A stretch of 13,763 nt of DNA from Azolla caroliniana (lineage: Eukaryota; Plantae; Polypodiophyta), in the NCBI GenBank assembly GCA_043228905.1, contig JBHGNT010000931.1, positions 1-13,763 of the forward strand. The letters run 5' to 3'. Every line of letters begins with the position of its first letter. Position 1 is the stretch's first letter. Below the pieces are notes generated by a model. That model was not told where the DNA came from. It saw nothing but the letters and a program-made list of their open reading frames with translations, and did no database searches. The translations under genes and the position numbers were made by a program. This document shows, piece after piece, positions 8,967 through 13,763 of this stretch.

Positions 8967-10985
8967 GTGTTGGAAGAAGTGCGCCGATTCAGACAAATCT
9001 GGATGCCAGACAAGCTAGTCGGCAAAGCTTGCACTACGCCGAAGGATGGGAAGGATCTGAAATTGGAAAGACCAGAAAAGAGCCAACCTTTGTGATGAAG
9101 CACAAGGCAAACGTGATGACGAAGACCACCTCACAATTGGATGAGGTGTGGAACGTTGACTCCAGAGCATCAAACCACATGATGAGCCATGAAGAATGGT
9201 TCTTGTATTTAGAGAAACTGGAGTGGTCGAAACCAGACACGACACTCCACACCTGATCGAATGTGTCAGAGAAGTTCCCCTCAGCCATGTCAAACAAAAG
9301 GGGAAACTTATGAATGTGTTGCACATTCCGACAATCACAAAGAACCTGGTGTCAGTCAGGCAGATCGTCGACCAGGGGTTGCAAGTTCGATTCACACATC
9401 TTATGTGCTTCATCGAGGAAGAGGGCCAAATCATCACGCAAGGGTGTCGGAATAGGAGGATGTTCATCCTCGACATCAATGACGACCACCGCTATGTTCG
9501 GAAAAGATCAAAAAGTCGAGTCGGATATTGACTTATGGCACAAGCAGATTGGCCATGTCAACTACTAGAGGCTTCAAGAAGTGGAAACGAAACAGGTAGT
9601 ATTGGGATTGCTGAAATTTAGTGGCCGGAAGGCCCAAATTTGTGAAACCTGCCATCTTGGGAAGCAACACCGACTTCCATTCCCCAACAACCGAAATCGA
9701 AGCAGAAAGAAGCTCGATTTGATACATTCAAATGTATGTGGACTGGCAAAGAACATGAGCTTAGGCAGGTGCCGATATTTCGTCTCCTTCATCGACCACT
9801 ACAACCGACACACATGGATCTACCTCATTGAGAAGAAAAGCAAAGTCTTCGACTATTTCTGGAACTTACAAAGCTTAGTCGAACGGGAAATGGAGAGGAA
9901 GATAAAGTGTTTGCAGTTGAATGGTGGAAAAGAATATTTTTCCGGCCAGTTCAACAGTTATCCGCAACATAAGGGAATTCGGCTAGAATTTAGTTGCAAA
10001 TATACGCTGGAACAAAATGGCGTAGTGGAGAGGAAGAACCAGTGAATTGTGGAAGAGGCAAGGGCGATGTTGGAGGAGAAGAGCATGCCCAAGTTCTTCT
10101 GGGCCAAAGCGGTCCGAACAACCGTTTACATCCATAATCAGATTGAGGAAAAGGTGTCGGCACATGAGTTGTATTTCGGACGGAAGCCGAACTTATGATA
10201 CCTGAGGATATTCGGCAACATTGCCTATGTGCATGTGCCCGATGAGAAGAGGAGGAAGTTGGACCCAAAGTCGGAGAAATGCATATTGGCCGGCTATTGT
10301 CATGAGCAGAACGGGTATAAATGTTATAACCCCCGGATCAAACAAGTTTGAGTAAGCCACGATGTCAAATTAGATGAGTTAGCATCTTGGTACTCCCTAC
10401 TGATTCCGACTCTTGACAACTCTGACCACCCGATCACTGAGGATGAGGTCAGTGAGCCCGAAAGGATTCGGGAAGAAGAAGAAGAAGATATTGGTACTCT
10501 TGAGGAGAGTCTAATCTCATTCCGGCTAAGTGGGTCGAATGAGAGATTGAGTCGGAATGATCAGTCAGATGAAGAGTCAGCGAGTAGTGGAGACTCGGTC
10601 GTGCATTCCCCGAGCAAGGAACCGAGGAGATGGTCCATGCGCAAGGAAAAAGGAAAGAAGAAGTTTCCAGAATACGACACCGACAAGGAAGAGTCAGATC
10701 GGAGCGAATCCGACTCTGGAAGGCATGAAGATGGACCTTCAAAGATGAAGTCTACATCGGCCAAGAGGGCCCTAAAATCGTCAAACGAGTAGTTACGCCG
10801 ATCAACCTGCGAGAAGAATATCGTGAAGCGGTATGGTTATAACGAGTATATAGCGTATCATTATGTGTACATGACAAAGGTGGCGGAAGTGCGTGAGCCA
10901 GAGCGCTAGGAAGAAGCGGCAAAGGACGCAAACTAGTGTGCCGCTATGGAGGAAGAGATGCACACTCTCGCGGAGAACGAAACAT

Positions 10986-11159
10986 ATAAAGAATCAATTT
11001 CTTTTGCAATAAACGAATGTTTCCTCACATCTACTTGTCTTATATGTGAATCTTGCTTGTGTTGTGCGTGTGCGTACTAATTCCTTCTAGTCCATAACCC
11101 AGACGGTTCCGTCTCACGATCCGCACATAGTGACGGATTCTCACGACGGTGTCCTTTCA
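10986..11159 (+). mobile_element. Probable 3' (R/U5) fragment of another LTR
   Basis: Non-coding-looking segment abutting the copia RT break; AATAAA at 11008-11013, a TG-rich tract, repeated GACGG..TCTCACGA, and it ends CTTTCA where the coiled-coil ORF stops looking protein-like. Confidence 0.45.
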
Positions 11160-12668
11160 CTCGAATGTCTGCCTCTCTATCCGAAGACTAGCGGAGTTCC
11201 GAACTAAGGCGTTCAATCTTGGATTCAGCTAGTTGAGTAGCCTGTTTTGCCTTGGCTGTTAATACCACTTGGGCCTCTGCCTCCTCCCGTAGAGCCTGCA
11301 ACTCAGCTGCCTGGGAGGCAGGGACATGAGTTGTTTGCTTCGCTAGTGCGCTATTTTCGAGCTCAATAATTCATAGTTGTGCCTTATCCAATTGCTTCTG
11401 GTCTTCCATAATTTTCTGTTCTTGGCAGCCATATCTTTGGCGCCAATGGTAACCGTCGCTAGCTCCCTATGTATCTCCACTAAGGCCGTATTTAGCGGAG
11501 GGAGCTCTATCCCTATGCGGTGAATGCCTGCATTTCTCTTTCTCCCCACCCTCGCTAATGGGCCTTTGTCTTCACTTTCCGCTGTTTGGTTTAGCGTGCG
11601 GTCAATCATTTGGCGTTCGGCGTGTTCCTCGGCCATTCGTTGGGACACTTTAATCTGTTGTTTCGCCAGGAACTCCATTAGCTCAAAGGTTGTGTTGAAC
11701 TGCAAAAGGGCGCCGAACTCGTGGGTCGTGTCCAGAATATCTGGGTAGGACAAAACTTCGCTCTCCGAGGTGAGCACACCCTTACCGCATTGCTACTGTC
11801 TGGTTATTATTGGTCGAGGTTCGGAAATCAACTCTAATGTTGTGTCGGCCGCTGCCGTAGTGGGGTTTACGACTCGTGGGGTTGTGTCTTTAACTAGCTC
11901 GTGACCGTCTTTCTTGTCCAGCCGTCTACGTTTGGGTCTGGGGCTCCCGGGTGCCGTCTCTTCCTCGACCTGCGAATCTGTTGGTTGCGTTTCGACAAAC
12001 TGAACCGAGATTGGTTGCTACTCGTCTTGTGGTGGTGAGGTTTCTGCTTCTCGAGGATTTTCTTCATCCTCCCATTCTAGCGCCGCAAGTTTAGGTAATT
12101 TTCATTTCGTTGAACGTGGCATGGTTATATGGTAGGTTGATTCCGGGGTGGGGAGGCCACGAGGGGGGAATAGTACTATCAAGTACTGCAGAATGATGGG
12201 GCGAAGCTTTTTCCCGGTCTGAAACGCATGCAAGCCTTCTCGTAGCGTTGGCCCTGTGATGATTCCCCAGTCAATGGCCTAACTCTCAAACGTAGCGATG
12301 ACAATACCCGCTTTCTACTTCAGCATGTCATAGGCATTGGTATGTGCACACCCTACTTCCAATAAAAACTTCGCCACTTCGTGAAAGAATGGGTTAGGTA
12401 CCTCCCGTGTTCTGAATGCTTTTGCTGAGGTTGAATATTCCCCGAAGTATCGTTCAAGAATCCCTGTTAGAGGGATTTCGAAGTGACGTTCGTCACTTCC
12501 GGACAAGCCCAACTTTTTCCTCATGTTGGCGTTTGTGATTATGTCGATGTTGAGTTTTCTTGCCACATCTTGGGCATTCGGGTGGGGTGGAGATTCTGCT
12601 ACCCGAATGTAACCTTCGAGGCCCTTGTCGTGTAACCATCGCCGTAGAGCGGGGGAGATATCTATCGT
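11160..12668 (-). pseudogene. ~500-codon fragment of an uncharacterised, probably retrotransposon-borne accessory ORF (globular N-region, disordered linker with NLS-like motif, coiled-coil C-region)
   Basis: Track ORFs 12315-12686 and 11343-11777 share a frame and join through 5 stops. After one frameshift near 11430 the protein continues as QEQKIMEDQKQLDKAQL*IIELENSALAK..AELQALREEAEAQ..AESKIERLSSELR*. Truncated at both ends by LTR-like sequence. Confidence 0.7.
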
Positions 12669-13142
12669 TGTCATGTAGTTTTTCACACACGATATGAAAA
12701 CTAGTAAAATAATTATTTAAGATTAGCTTAATGTATTGATATAGAAAGATAGATGTTTTCAAGAGCTTAATAACGTATTTTACTATGCATGAAATGGATA
12801 AACAAGCATCAAGTTATGTAAGTGAGAAGTTTGAAGAGAAAAAGGGAAAAAACAAAATTGTGAGATATCCCACATAGATAGGATAACATTGGATTCCCCA
12901 ATATATATAGAAAGCCAAAACCTATTCATTATATCAATGTGGGAAGCACAGAATGTTCAAGGTGACTTGGGCTAAATTGGGTGGATAAATGTACGGCGTA
13001 TGGCCCTATCGGGACGCGCGCATTTGTGGATGCGTACATGGCGTTATCGGGATGCACACGTGTGCGGACGCGTCTACCGTTTGGTTGCGATGCGCGTACG
13101 GATTGCGCACGAGCTAAAAGTGGGTGGACATGCAAAGTAACA
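12669..13142 (-). mobile_element. LTR (474 bp), solo-like but without matching TSD
   Basis: TGTCA...TAACA termini. On the minus strand a CG-rich U3-like part, CTATATATAT (12901-12910) and a CT/AT-rich R-U5-like part follow in order; coding remnants stop abruptly at both edges; no PBS or PPT adjacent. Confidence 0.7.
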
Positions 13143-13763
13143 TTGGGAAGGGGGATCCGCAAGTGTGTCATGGAGATCCAAAAAGAGCACACAACTTGGG
13201 TGGAGTTCGAAAAGACACTTCTCGCTGAATACATGCTTGAAGACGCGTCATGGATGACTCGACATACGCTAATGACATGGATCGAGAAGAAAGGGAAGAA
13301 TATCTGTGCGTCTGGAGTATATGCCGAATTCGACTAGAAGTACAACCGACTTCCGAGTGTTGATCAACGAGTTCTCGATGGAGATAAAGTCCTACTATTC
13401 CTAAAGGTAGTGGATGCGAAAGATCGGCGAGAATTGGGAAACTTTTTGGAGGACGAAACACAACCAAATGGTTTGGTAGCGGACTGGGCGGCGGTAGTCA
13501 TCTTGATAAGCGTCGACAATGGCAAGAGGAAACTGATGTGGAGAATGCACAATCGTGGAAGAGGAAGATGCAAGGCATGTAGAAGCCATGCACTATGCCG
13601 CATCAGCCGGGATACGAGATGGAAGAGAGAATCTAAAGACGATCAAGCCGGGAGTTGGGTTTTGGCCAACGGTATTTGAGTGCGATAAGAAAGGCAAAAT
13701 CGATTTGGAGGATCTACAACTTGTTGATCGGAATGTGCGACGAGTTACCGGATGGTCGGATCT
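13143..13763 (+). pseudogene. Ty3/gypsy-like gag/polyprotein fragment, 5'-truncated, internally deleted, running off the window
   Basis: TWVEFEKTLLAEYMLEDAS.MTRHTLMTWIEKKGKN..VYAEFD*KYNRLP..DKVLLFLKVVDAKDRRELG..LED..GLVADW, then LDKRRQW and FWPTV..KGKI..VRRVTGWSD in shifted frames. From memory this resembles gag regions of gypsy-like elements of charophytes and non-seed plants; no pol domain is visible to confirm. Confidence 0.7.

Larger units (their letters stand above)
6633..10985 (+). mobile_element. Ty1/copia LTR retrotransposon, 3'-truncated and defective, with two nested solo LTRs
   Basis: LTR, PBS, gag, protease, integrase and start of RT in copia order (INT before RT); breaks off at ...AMEEEMHTLAENET; no 3' LTR in the window. 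Confidence 0.95.
7168..10985 (+). pseudogene. Copia gag-pol polyprotein pseudogene (gag, zinc knuckle, protease, integrase, RT N-terminus)
   Basis: DRSNYASWSYKMH*YL...EAWEKLKTIF (gag); YSYCGQKGYPESEC/WKK (decayed CCHC knuckle); WNVDSRASNHM (protease DSGAS); LWHKQIGH..CETC (HHCC); IHSNVCG, CLQLNGGKEY and EQNGVVERKN (integrase core, two catalytic D changed to N); KLDPKSEKC..GYKCY; AMEEEM (RT start). Multiple stops and frameshifts. Confidence 0.93.

Noticed and set aside
9015-10764. Minus-strand ORFs over copia pol
   Set aside because: Antisense shadows of the protease/integrase coding region.
11077-11159. VKGHRRENPSLCADRETEPSGLWTRRN* as the true C-terminus of the orphan ORF
   Set aside because: Composition changes abruptly from coiled-coil at the CTTTCA boundary; more likely read-through into LTR-like sequence (not certain).
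13143-13153. TTGGGAAGGGG as a PPT or PBS for the adjacent LTR
   Set aside because: Wrong strand/side for a PPT, not a tRNA complement I recognise, and it reads in frame with the gag remnant (LGRGIRK).

Overview
Eukaryotic, AT-rich plant DNA; the transposon proteins suggest a non-seed land plant (inference). The left part holds the last nine coding exons of an intact-looking Niemann-Pick C1 (NPC1)-like sterol transporter gene (+, 1069-3518). Its introns carry a solo LTR and an AACCG-rich MITE-like insert. The rest is a nested transposon graveyard: a decayed hAT (ZNF862-like) transposase (-, ~4560-6603), then a Ty1/copia element (5' LTR, tRNA-Met PBS, gag-PR-INT, cut at the start of RT) interrupted by two solo LTRs. 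After these come a probable LTR 3' fragment, a ~500-codon dead ORF of unrecognised family (-, 11160-12668), another LTR with non-matching flanks and a Ty3/gypsy-like gag fragment. I see no intact novel system. The best leads are the orphan NLS/coiled-coil ORF and the unusually short target-site duplications of the solo LTRs.
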